Origin: Octopus vulgaris | Taxonomy: Eukaryota | NCBI GenBank assembly: GCA_951406725.2 | Contig: OX597828.1 | Location: 77,500,001 to 77,564,000 of the forward strand | Direction: 5' to 3' | Length of the DNA stretch: 64,000 nucleotides | Shown: piece by piece, positions 13,248 through 24,852 of the stretch | Layout of the letters: each line of letters begins with the position of its first letter | How positions within the stretch are numbered: the stretch's first letter is position 1 | Translations under genes and position numbers: made by a program | Notes under the pieces: model-generated | What the model saw: only the letters and a program-made list of their open reading frames with translations | Databases searched by the model: none | What the model was told of the DNA's origin: nothing

Positions 13248-13540
13248 TGTTTTGTGTCAGTGTGTCTATGAATAACGAAATGTTCCGAGTAATCCATTTA
13301 GATTTTTATTTTGGTTGGGTTGGAAAAAATATTGTCTACATACTGGCATATGGGTGTGTATGTATGTTTGTGTATGAATACTGAAATGTGTGTGTGTGTA
13401 TGTGCGTGGATGTGTGTGTGTGTGTAAGTGTTCATATATGCGCATATATAATTAAATGTACGCATTTTATTTTTAAAACATTTTCGTGTACTTTTGTTTT
13501 CTCTTTGAACTTCGTATATATGTACACACACATACACATG

Positions 13541-13611
<71 letters not shown>

Positions 13612-13798
13612 GTATATGTGTGTGTGAATGCGTGTGTATGCATGTATCGATGTATGTGTGCGTATGTACAACTAAGATCAAACAGATCGGACTGGAGGAG
13701 AGGTATTAGACATTACATACGGTTTTTACAATATATATTATATTATAGAATGATAGATTTATATATAGACAAACAGAGAGACAGGCAGGCATACAGAC

Positions 13799-13877
<79 letters not shown>

Positions 13878-14950
13878 ATATATACGGTATTATGTATGAT
13901 ATAATGTGCAGTAAATGGCTTTATTAATTATATCTGATATATGATATTATATATAGTTGATGTTATATTTTGTACTAGGACACTTAAAAAGGCAAAATCG
14001 ATTATATGGAAGTATTATTTCATATGGTCTCCCAATCATAAGAAAACGTCCTTTCGAAATAATATTAAAAAGATCATAAACCCTGAAACGGTTCTCTTAC
14101 CTTAAATGGAACCTTCACTCCTCTATTTCTTAGTAACTTCTCTATCTCTCTCCCTTTCTTTCTTCGAAAGTGACTGTAGGTGGCAGCACCAGCTGTCCGT
14201 AGTCAAATTTTCCACGTTTGTATAAGTTGTGATTTTAAATTCGATCTGAACATCTGCAACACATAGTCGACCTCTGCCTGATTTGAACACTTGAATGTAC
14301 GGGTGACCAACAAAGTAGTGAAAAGTATTTTTCTGACATTCTACCGACTATATAAATATCTCGCAACTGAGGCATAAAGTATGTTATTTCATCTACTCTA
14401 AAACTTGTGTAGTATTTATCTTACCACCCCAGTTTTGTAAAAAGACAAAGCTATCTCTGTGGAATTTGAACTGAAAGTATAAAGGTTCCGATTAAATATT
14501 ACAAGGCATTTAAGCAGATGCTTCACCAACTCTGCAAAGTAACAAAACCTTAAATATGGCGGCCAACCAGTAGTCGAAGTTATGACTGCCTAGTTTGTAT
14601 CAACTTTACAGAGGTGAACATAAAGTAACAAATAATAAAAATACAAAATGATATTTTCATATAGCAAATGTTTTCAGATGATAGTTTTACTGTAAAAATA
14701 TTAGTGTATGTTTTCACAAGATCAGATTTACACACAAAAGGAAAAAAGACAGAGAATCACATATTACTGAAAATTTTCCATGTTGTAAAAAATGGTTTTG
14801 TGCAAAAAAAAAAAAGAAGCTTTCATTTAAAAAACGTTTCATTGAATAAAGTTTCTGTGCAAATTGTAACCAAAAGAGGTTTTTACATAGAATGAAAATC
14901 ACACACACACACACACAGAAGCATACATTCAGACATATATACATATACAC

Positions 14951-15007
<57 letters not shown>

Positions 15008-15037
15008 TTTGTATATGTATATTTATATATGTATGAA

Positions 15038-15109
<72 letters not shown>

Positions 15110-15578
15110 TGTGTGTGCATGCGTGCGTGCGTGCGTGTGTGGATATCCAGAATAAAGGAATCCAATTCCGAAAAATTGAAATGCATGGTAAAAACATACA
15201 CTCGTATTTTTAGCCTTTAAAAAAATTAAAATATCTATCTCTCTTTATACGATGTTACATGCGAGCTAAACCACTCTTATATATATATATATATATAGTT
15301 TGGTGCTGCACTCATGAACTCACGATTACGAGATCGTGGTTTCGAATCCCAGACCGTTGCGTTTGTTTTCATGAGCAAAACACCTCATTTCACGTTGCTC
15401 TGCGATCATTTCGTCATCTGAAATGTGGCACGTCGTAATGTCGGTCTGATGGAGAGAGTTAACTTATATGAACAAAAATATTTGACCACTTTAGACAAAT
15501 CATATGTGTGGTTGTTCAACAAGGAATTGCAGAACCCTTGTTCTTCGCCTAACGACGGGAGAGTCCATGATAGGCACA

Positions 15579-15803
15579 CAGTGTGTCCGTAAATTCATGG
15601 CGGGATTTCAAAACTATTTACTGATGTTTATTTATGTAACTTGAAATACTACACATTTTATATACACGTTGAATAAGAGAAGGCACACTAATAACGTTTA
15701 CATAGAATTTAGTACAATTCGATGTGGCTTTCATTTGTCGCCTTACACACATCTAATCCATACTCCAGTCAAATGAATAAAGGAAATTTTACGGACACAA
15801 CAG
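15579..15803. mobile_element. Tc1/mariner-type MITE
   Basis: Inverted ends cagtgtgtccgtaaa ... tttacggacacaacag. Confidence 0.55.
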
Positions 15804-15847
15804 GTGTGTATATATACATATATATATATGTATATGTGTGTGTGTGT

Positions 15848-15895
<48 letters not shown>

Positions 15896-15896
<1 letters not shown>

Positions 15897-16086
15897 GGTA
15901 TTTTTATATAGACTTAAAATATGCCGATCACCATGCAATGACTAAAGAAAGTAGTCTAATGAAGGGGCATATAAGCCCCTTGCTCGGTGATCGCCATACG
16001 ATTTAAGCCTATATAAAAATACTATTATTACTATTTATAGGATTGGATTGTATAATATGGCACCGTATAAAAAAACATTCGTACCG

Positions 16087-16089
<3 letters not shown>
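15896..16089. mobile_element. Short inverted-repeat element between (TA)n tracts, probable PLE-type remnant
   Basis: tggtatttttatatagacttaa...gatcacc versus ggtgatc...ttaagcctatataaaaatacta. A truncated homolog lies at ~19821-19900. Partial hammerhead-like ctaatga-aggggc/gcccct lacks GAAA. Confidence 0.5.
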
Positions 16090-16134
<45 letters not shown>

Positions 16135-16140
16135 TATTAG

Positions 16141-16179
<39 letters not shown>

Positions 16180-16186
<7 letters not shown>

Positions 16187-18254
16187 TTGTATTTTCTCCG
16201 TAGTTTTTTGTGCTAAGCCACTTGGTGTTAAATTGACGGTATTATTAAATTAATATCGATTTTTCACCCTCATTTATAATTTTATAAATTTAACTACGCG
16301 GCAGTCAATATTTTATTTGATGCGGCATACGTTTTCAATGGAGTCTAGGCATGCTTTTGGCGCGGAATTTGAGACATAACTAAAAATGTAATTGGTTGGA
16401 CCGCTCGTGTTTTTGACGCCCGAATCGATCTAATTAATTGCATTTCTGACAAACTCTACCGAAGATTTATGGATGCAAATGTAAGTAAAACTACATATTG
16501 CATTAGTAATGAAACAATTGTATAGAGTCAATCTATTTTATTCGTTGTATTTCACTTTCCTTCAGTTGAATGTGTGTTGATTCTAGTTGGAAACGGTTTT
16601 TCTGTGGTTGCTTCGGAGCTATTTTTAGCACTAGAGTTGTCCACATAGTGGATAACTCTCTAATAATTTATGTATAAATTTGTATTTTCTCCGTAGTTTT
16701 TTGTGCTAAGCCACTTGGTGTTAAATTGACGGTATTATTAAATTAATATCGATTTTTCACCCTCATTTATAATTTTATAAATTTAACTACGCGGCAGTCA
16801 ATATTTTATTTGATGCGGCATACGTTTTCAATGGAGTCTAGGCATGCTTTTGGCGCGGAATTTGAGACATAACTAAAAATGTAATTGGTTGGACCGCTCG
16901 TGTTTTTGACGCCCGAATCGATCTAATTAATTGCATTTCTGACAAACTCTACCGAAGATTTATGGATGCAAATGTAAGTAAAACTACATATTGCATTAGT
17001 AATGAAACAATTGTATAGAGTCAATCTATTTTATTCGTTGTATTTCACTTTCCTTCAGTTGAATGTGTGTTGATTCTAGTTGGAAACGGTTTTTCTGTGG
17101 TTGCTTCGGAGCTATTTTTAGCACTAGAGTTGTCCACATAGTGGATAACTCTCTAATAATTTATGTATAAATTTGTATTTTCTCCGTAGTTTTTTGTGCT
17201 AAGCCACTTGGTGTTAAATTGACGGTATTATTAAATTAATATCGATTTTTCACCCTCATTTATAATTTTATAAATTTAACTACGCGGCAGTCAATATTTT
17301 ATTTGATGCGGCATACGTTTTCAATGGAGTCTAGGCATGCTTTTGGCGCGGAATTTGAGACATAACTAAAAATGTAATTGGTTGGACCGCTCGTGTTTTT
17401 GACGCCCGAATCGATCTAATTAATTGCATTTCTGACAAACTCTACCGAAGATTTATGGATGCAAATGTAAGTAAAACTACATATTGCATTAGTAATGAAA
17501 CAATTGTATAGAGTCAATCTATTTTATTCGTTATATTTCACTTTCCTTCAGTTGAATGTGTGTTGATTCTAGTTGGAAACGGTTTTTCTGTGGTTGCTTC
17601 GGAGCTATTTTTAGCACTAGAGTTGTCCACATAGTGGATAACTCTCTAATAATTTATGTATAAATTTGTATTTTCTCCGTAGTTTTTTGTGCTAAGCCAC
17701 TTGGTGTTAAATTGACGGTATTATTAAATTAATATCGATTTTTCACCCTCATTTATAATTTTATAAATTTAACTACGCGGCAGTCAATATTTTATTTGAT
17801 GCGGCATACGTTTTCAATGGAGTCTAGGCATGCTTTTGGCGCGGAATTTGAGACATAACTAAAAATGTAATTGGTTGGACCGCTCGTGTTTTTGACGCCC
17901 GAATCGATCTAATTAATTGCATTTCTGACAAACTCTACCGAAGATTTATGGATGCAAATGTAAGTAAAACTACATATTGCATTAGTAATGAAACAATTGT
18001 ATAGAGTCAATCTATTTTATTCGTTGTATTTCACTTTCCTTCAGTTGAATGTGTGTTGATTCTAGTTGGAAACGGTTTTTCTGTGGTTGCTTCGGAGCTA
18101 TTTTTAGCACTAGAGTTGTCCACATAGTGGATAACTCTCTAATAATTTATGTATAAATTTGTATTTTCTCCGTAGTTTTTTGTGCTAAGCCACTTGGTGT
18201 TAAATTGACGGTATTATTAAATTAATATCGATTTTTCACCCTCATTTATAATTT
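16180..18254 (+). mobile_element. Tandem array of a 493-bp hammerhead-containing monomer (4 full copies + ~102-bp partial), retrozyme-like, inserted in (TA)n
   Basis: Unit starts (ataaatttgtattttctccg) at 16181, 16674, 17167, 17660 and 18153. Copies are nearly identical; no ORF. Confidence 0.9.
16453..16528 (+). ncRNA. Type I hammerhead motif (CCGAAGA core); repeated at 16946-17021, 17439-17514, 17932-18007
   Basis: actcta-ccgaaga-(long stem II atgcaa atgta/tacat a ttgcat)-gaaac aatt gta-tagagt. Perfect 6-bp stem I; palindromic stem III ACAAUUGU; U-U at the base of stem II. Confidence 0.7.
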
Positions 18255-18256
18255 AA

Positions 18257-18314
<58 letters not shown>

Positions 18315-18532
18315 TTAAAATTACTAAGTCTCTCTAAAGGAGATTACGGCAGCGTTACTGGATATTAATAGTTATCGCCATACTAATATGGCAGTCTAAA
18401 TATAAGACTAAAGCTGTCGCTGATTAGCTCCAAGAGGCCACCGCCTCTAGCTAGCTATATGACACACGAACCTGCGTCCATTACAACCTTCGAACAGGGG
18501 AGGACAGCCGCTTCACCTTGCTAGTCAGACAT

Positions 18533-18573
18533 CTGCATACATGTTTCAGGGTTGTTGCCCTTTATCAATGCAG
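18533..18573 (-). ncRNA. Type I hammerhead with U3-A8 core variant (UUGAUAA), in a TA-flanked element (~18311-18580)
   Basis: Reverse complement: ctgca-ttgataa-aggg caacaa ccct-gaaac at gta-tgcag. Stems I and II are perfect; stem III is the palindrome ACAUGU. Confidence 0.75.
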
Positions 18574-18593
18574 CGTAGTATATATATATATAT

Positions 18594-18890
18594 ACCGGAG
18601 TAAACACATAAATGTGAAACAAGGTAGAAAAAAGATTACTCAAATACCAGTGGTAGAGTAATATGCTTTATTTAAAGCAGCAGAAAATTCAACAAAACCT
18701 GTTGGACTTGTTTGATTGGTCCTTATTTGAAAGGATCAATCAAACAAGTCCATTTTTAAAGGTGTAGCGTTTATACTAGTCTGGATAGAATTGACATATC
18801 GGTTCTATTCTAGCAAAAACTGTCCGACGAACGGCAACGTGAAACTCAGAGTAACAGGTTTTTTTGAATTTTCTGCTGCTTTTAAATAAA

Positions 18891-18891
<1 letters not shown>
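18594..18891. mobile_element. TA-flanked PLE-type element with inverted end segment and internal hairpins
   Basis: ctttatttaaagcagcagaaaattcaacaaaacctgtt (~18666-18703) is inverted at ~18853-18891; long hairpin at 18703-18752; hammerhead at 18815-18863. Confidence 0.65.
18815..18863 (+). ncRNA. Type I hammerhead motif (CCGACGA core)
   Basis: aaaaactgt-ccgacga-acg gcaa cgt-gaaac tcaga gta-acaggttttt; stem II is capped by a GNRA loop. Confidence 0.65.
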
Positions 18892-18967
<76 letters not shown>

Positions 18968-18969
18968 CA

Positions 18970-19739
18970 TACAACTTATAAACAAGGGCTAAAGAAAATT
19001 ATTTCTCTGCCAATGTGCTGATAACAGACTTTTAAATCGTCAATTTCCACACATTTACTCGCTACAGAAAACACGTAGAGCTGAAAACGGGGAAAGCCAG
19101 CCATGGTATAGAAATAATTTTCTTTAGCCCTTATTTATAAGTTGTTCATAATTTTAACCTTAAAGGTATTTTAATATGCTGCCACATTTTTTGATGGAAT
19201 TTATTTCTGTAAAAAACTTCATCCTTTATTAGTAGTAGACTTATTACTATTCGCTATAGGGACTGGCAACCACTATAAGCTGTAGTGGCGGACAGTTCAC
19301 ACGTGTGCTGAGGCTGACCAAAGGATTTTATTTTTAGGTATATCTGGGGTACTTATATGTGCTCATGATTTTTGCTTCGGCTTTTTTCCATGGGCGCATA
19401 TAAGTATCTTATTTATGTCTTCTCGTATTTTCTACTGAAGAGGAAAAAATCTATTATGAGATTAATTCCGAAATTGATTCAATATAGAAATAACGAACTT
19501 TTTAAAAAATTCTGTTGGCTAGCTTTCCTCGTTTTCAGCTGTACGTGTTTTCTGTAGCGAGTAAATAATATGTGGAAATTGACGATTTAAAAGTCTGTTA
19601 TCAGCATATTGGCATAGAAATAATTTTCTTTAGTCCTTATTTATAAGTAGTTTATAATTTTAACCTTAAAGGTATTTTAATATGCTGCTGCATTTTTTGG
19701 TGGAATTTTTTTCTGTAAAAAATCTTCATCCTTTATTAG

Positions 19740-19740
<1 letters not shown>
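18970..19740 (+). mobile_element. PLE pseudo-LTR/retrozyme-like element: ~506-bp monomer with ~130-bp terminal direct repeat and inverted 5' segment
   Basis: 19104-19233 is repeated at 19610-19740; 18970-19103 is the reverse complement of ~19515-19650; TA-flanked. Confidence 0.75.
19429..19490 (+). ncRNA. Type I hammerhead ribozyme, fully canonical
   Basis: tttcta-ctgaaga-ggaa...ttcc-gaaa ttg att caa ta-tagaaa. 6-bp stem I, 4-bp stem II base, 4-bp stem III; predicted cleavage AUA after 19484. Confidence 0.85.
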
Positions 19741-19813
<73 letters not shown>

Positions 19814-19921
19814 TATATATATGGTATTTTTATATAAGCTTACAGCTTATGGCGATCACCGTGCAAGGACTAAGGAAAATAATCTAATTATGGGGCTTAT
19901 ATATATATACATACACACACG

Positions 19922-19989
<68 letters not shown>

Positions 19990-20089
19990 TATAGTAAATC
20001 CAAAATAGAAGAATAAACACAAAAACAACAACGCAAGGACGTGGTACACGTAAAGTATTAGCAAACGTTCAGGGAAAGAACGAAAGATG

Positions 20090-20125
20090 GTTTAACGTTT
20101 CGAGCAGGCGTTCTTCTTCAGAAAC
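20090..20125 (-). ncRNA. Type I minimal hammerhead (CUGAAGA plus extra A) in a PLE-type remnant (~19993-20190)
   Basis: Reverse complement: gttt-ctgaaga-a-gaac gcct gctc-gaaac gtt-aaac; one mismatch in stem II. Confidence 0.6.
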
Positions 20126-20218
20126 AGAGGAAAGTCCAATAGAAAGGAAGACGGAGGAAGAAAATCGCCAACGATTCACATGTGGTTATATTTATAAACA
20201 CACACACACATACATATA

Positions 20219-20254
<36 letters not shown>

Positions 20255-20699
20255 TGTATGTATGTATGTATGTATGTATGTATGTATGTATAGCATTGAA
20301 CAACCAGAGACATTGTCATTGGTTGTTGTCTCCGCACGACTTTCTCTTCGTATTCATCCAGTGATGAGGCTTTTCCTTTCTGTACTTCAAGTTACTCAGA
20401 CTTATGCAGTGACATCTAGTTTTTAGTCCTACATCTCGCAGCTAACGTTCGCTGTTTTATTCACTTTTAGTCTACATTAATCAGTCATCTTATCAATTAT
20501 TTACCAGTTTATTTCTTACCAGCAAGAACATATTTTATAATTCATTTTTCATTTTTATTTTCTGATGATTTAATTATTTCTGCTATTGTGACCCTATCCT
20601 TTTCACATCTGTCTCTGACATCAGTTTCTTTTTCATATTTGTCCATTTCTCATCGTTAATTCTTTTAGTTTCTCTTCATTCTTTTCTATACTGAGACAG

Positions 20700-20828
20700 C
20701 AACCAGGCAGAATCATTAGCACATCGAACGATATGTCTGACGGCACTTCTTCCGGTTCCTTGTGTGCTGAACTCAAATGCCGCTGAAGTCAGCTTGTCTT
20801 TTCTTCCTTACCGCTGTAATCGACTACC

Positions 20829-20859
<31 letters not shown>

Positions 20860-21125
20860 CAGGAACCAAACTGCCGTAATTTGAAACATTACTCTTCATT
20901 AGATAAGGCGACAAGATGCTAGAATCACTAGCACGCTGGAGTAAATGCTTAGCGGCATTTCTTCCTAATCTTTACGTTCTGAGTTCAAATTACGCAGTAA
21001 GCAACTTTGCTTATCACCTTCTGAGGGACCAATAAAGTAAGTACCAGCTAAGCACAGGGGTCAATATAATAGACCTGCTCTACTTCCGCAAAATTTCGAG
21101 CCTTGTGTCTTGAGTAGAAAGGATT
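20700..21125 (+). mobile_element. Two degraded Meta-like SINE copies
   Basis: ggcagaatcattagcac... and aaggcgacaagatgctagaatcactagcacg...tacgttctgagttcaaatt. Confidence 0.65.
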
Positions 21126-21129
21126 TTTC

Positions 21130-22900
21130 TTCATTACATATTTTTGTAAGCCATTTCATATTTTACGTTTTATTTTTAAATTTTAGTTTCAGAAACTCCT
21201 CTTTCTATTCCTTTGTCTTTCCTGTAAATATAAACTCATTACTTCCACTTCAGAATATCATAACTGTTAGTTTTACTCAAGGAATTAAATTATTCATACG
21301 TAAAGTTTTGGCACCAAACACAGTTTGTTTTATTATTCTTGTACTTTATTCAATATATTTATTATACCACCAACTTTTGTATGTTGTGTATTCTAACTTA
21401 TTCATTAATTTCTAAATATCTGTAAATTTACTGGAGGAGGATAGTTCATTCACTTGTCTATATTTCTTTATTTCAAATAATATTAGCGATTCTTACGTAT
21501 TAACTTATCAATTGGTTTTGAAATTCTGTTTGGAAACTTTCGCGAAAGCAACTCTAAAGAACGCCGTATTAGTGAAGTTCATTAATGTTCTTTTCTTAAC
21601 GGCTGACTTAACACATTTATCCAAATTGAATTTCATGACAATTTCCCTGGTGAATCTAGGTTTTTCCAGTTGTTTATCATCTACAATAAACATCTTTGGT
21701 GGATCTGTATACAAAAAGTGGTTTATTATCATCCCATAAGACTTGTATATGTATCAAGCATGGTTTACCAAGTTGATTAAATGTATGAAAGGCGAGACAT
21801 GAAAGTTTTTCGTTTCTTTTAAAAGGGATGAGATTAGTTTATTAAAATTCCGACATTTTGTTTGGGTCTATAGACGTGTTTTCCATCTCCTTATTGTATA
21901 TTTGATGTAACCTACATCTTATTGGTGCTACCTTGCTAATGGATAAAGTTTATAGAATCTACGAGTGGAGAACACTGTCAAAATCTATTTGCAAATCAAT
22001 CTATGACATGTTTATACTCTTCCTACTCCTCCCACAGTTTTCTAATAACAGTTATTGATCCTTATATCAATGAGATTTGCGAAATCCCTGTTTCTTAAAG
22101 TCTCGTGTTTTATTCGCCAGAGCAGGGTTTATCCTTTGATACAACATTGTTGTTAAGACTTTGTATATTGTAAGCAGCTAAATTTTGGCTCTGGTGTTTC
22201 GTGACTCGTGGAGCGGATAGTTCAAGGATAATTCAGCATTTGTTCAATAGTTCAATATCTGTGCAAGTAAATACGGTTACCTGCAAGATACTCTAAGCAG
22301 AAATTTGGAATTTTTTATACTTACAGTCGTTTCTAATTGTTGAAGTCTTGCAGTATCTGCGCCACTTCTCAACAAATTTCTTCCCATCATTCTTCAAATA
22401 CAACGTCATCAACAACATTGACGCCAATATATCTCCTATTTCTTTCCTAGTGATTCCCTATAGGGGCCGGCTTTTGCTTTGTCTTCTTGATAAATAGTTT
22501 TATTCACCGAACTATTGTCTATTTTTTATAACGATGTATTCTTTACGATTTAGCGAGGATCTCTTGTTCAAGACGTTCTTTCCTTTCCATTCATTTTGAT
22601 TTGCTGTCCTTCCATTCGTATTTTCTCCTCTTCTCTTTTGTCTATCTTTTCTATCTTTTTTTGTTGTTGACGTCATTTGCATCAGCTTAGATGATCCGAT
22701 ATGAATGGTTTTCAGGAAGTCCCAATTTTTCATTCTAACTACCAAGTCTGTCGTATGTATTATTTGATTTATTCTGATAATATGATATTCATGTTTACAT
22801 CTGCTTCCCGCACGTCTAAGATTTTTACGATTGTTGCTATTTTTTCGAACGGAGGAACATTTGTCGATCTGCTGGAAGACCTTATATAGATTTTAATTCT
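21130..22900 (-). pseudogene. Highly degraded R4/Dong-type LINE reverse transcriptase remnant
   Basis: INHFLYTDPPKMF..DDKQLE..MKFNLDKCVKS aligns by eye to ISHLFYMDDLKLY..DNNELE..MEFGLEKCAKA of the 58750 ORF. LLENCGRSRKSINMS*IDLQIDFDSVLHS aligns to ILENCHNKRRNLITAWIDYKKAFDSIPHP. Boundaries approximate. Confidence 0.7.
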
Positions 22901-23654
22901 TTAATTCCAGCTTCACATTACACAATATTCAAAACGTCCATCTTTACAATGTCCTACATTAGATATTACAGTGTCCTACTCTCAAATATTGGTTTCAAAT
23001 TGTGGCACAAGGCCAGTAATTTTGAGGGAAGGTAGCGATTTCAGCCTAATTCGATCTCATTAGTTTTGGTTGTGTTAGAAGTCAACAAACATGAGATAAA
23101 CTGGATAGATGTGTTTATTTTATCAAAATATCACACTCGGCTCTGGGTTTCGTCCTAAGTTGGCCATGGCTGTCTGATCACTCGACGGCGCAACTTATAT
23201 GCCTCTGTCATTCATGTGTGTTTGTATATGTCTGTACTGTTGTGCGCATGCATGTAAATATGTATTTGTGTATGTATATACGTAGTATGTATGTATGTGA
23301 CTGTCTGTCTGTCTGTCAGTCTGTATGTATGTATGAATGTATGTATGTATGTATGTTTATATATATGGATGGCTGTAGTTATGTGTACATGTAAGTTCGT
23401 GGGTATTCTTTCTCTTTTATTTTTAATTTGGAGTAAATTTTGATCGACCTCCTGCTTAGTAACAAGATTGTTAAGAAAAAACATCTTATTTTATGCATCA
23501 TCCTTTAAATCTTAAGAACATCTTGCTAATCTTTATAGTCCCGGATCACGTGATCATTTGTAGTGTATGAATTAAAGAATTGCATTATCTCCCCATGAAT
23601 CCGAGTTCAGCCATACTTTACGCCAGAGGAGTTGATACATATTTTGCTGCTCCA

Positions 23655-23733
<79 letters not shown>

Positions 23734-23758
23734 CAACAACAACAACAACAACAATAAC

Positions 23759-23810
<52 letters not shown>

Positions 23811-24426
23811 GGGTATACAGCATACGCTATTATCCCACCGCCCGGAGATGGTGGGGTTGAGCCTCTGTCCCGACCACAGACCATACGACGTGTGACGACT
23901 GTCCACTTGATGAGGACTAAGTCTAGAACGGCAGGTGAGTCGAGTCCAAGTCTTCCCCCAGCCCTGCGGTGGTTGTGGAGTGGAATCGTGAAGGCATCGT
24001 CGAAAAGGAAAATGCAAAAATCCTATGGGATTTTATAATTCAGCGCGACCATGTGATAGAGAATAGGAAACCAGAAATAGTCTTAATTGAGAAAGAAAGC
24101 AAACGATGCTGGATCATAGATACAGCATGTCCGGCTGACAACAAGGTTTGCGATAAGGAAGAAAGAAAAGTCGATAGATATAACAGGTTAGCTTGAGAGG
24201 TTAAGCAGTTGTTGGAGACCCGGGAACAGTGAGTAAAAATCTTGAAGAAGTACATGGAACAAATAGGGGCTACAATAAGGATGGAGCACTTGCAGAAAAC
24301 AGCACTGCTTGGAACCGCTCGAATACTCCGGAGGGTGCTCGAAAAATAAGAGGTGTTATCTTAGTTCACTGGTAGTGAACAGCTGACACCGTAGTACATC
24401 TCCAGCGTTAGAAGCTGTGCAAAGCT
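23811..24426 (+). mobile_element. Internally deleted R4/Dong element (non-RLE 5' part fused to RLE C-terminus + 3'UTR) inside (AAT)n
   Basis: ENAKILWDFIIQRDHVIENRKPEIVLIEKESKRCWIIDTACPAD...LQKTALLGTARILRRVLEK* is the PD-(D/E)xK RLE region; (AAT)n on both sides. Confidence 0.85.
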
Positions 24427-24435
24427 AATAATAAC

Positions 24436-24492
<57 letters not shown>

Positions 24493-24631
24493 GTAAGAAA
24501 CTGTAAATGTATCTTGGATACTGGATTTACAAACTCCCTATCAATGGTATGTAGATGTTTTCATTCTCTTGTATTTTCTGACCATATTGATATCCAGAGG
24601 TCAGCTAGCTGATTTCCAGACTTTATGTATA

Positions 24632-24852
24632 CAGTAATCTCTCGCCATATTGCGGTTCACCTATCGCAGTTTATTATTTTAGCTTATGTCGATTCCTCCA
24701 TGGTGTTATTTTGCAATGATAATAAAATAAATATATTCAAATTATAAAAATAATTTTAAAATATACAGTACAGTACGGTTTCTACTTCGCGGATTTTCAA
24801 CTACCGCGGGGGATTTTGGCATGTAACACCCGTGATAATCGAAGGATTACTG
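24632..24852. mobile_element. pogo/Tigger-like MITE
   Basis: TA-cagtaatctctcg ... cgaaggattactg inverted ends; internal cgcgg subrepeats. Confidence 0.65.

Noticed and set aside
16180-18254. CRISPR-like array
   Set aside because: Units are whole 493-bp near-identical repeats with no unique spacers; eukaryotic context and no cas genes.
23899-23935. ttgatgag-gac taa gtc-tagaac hammerhead-like string
   Set aside because: Core and GAAA are both defective, stem I/III cannot be formed, and it overlaps the putative Dong ORF start.
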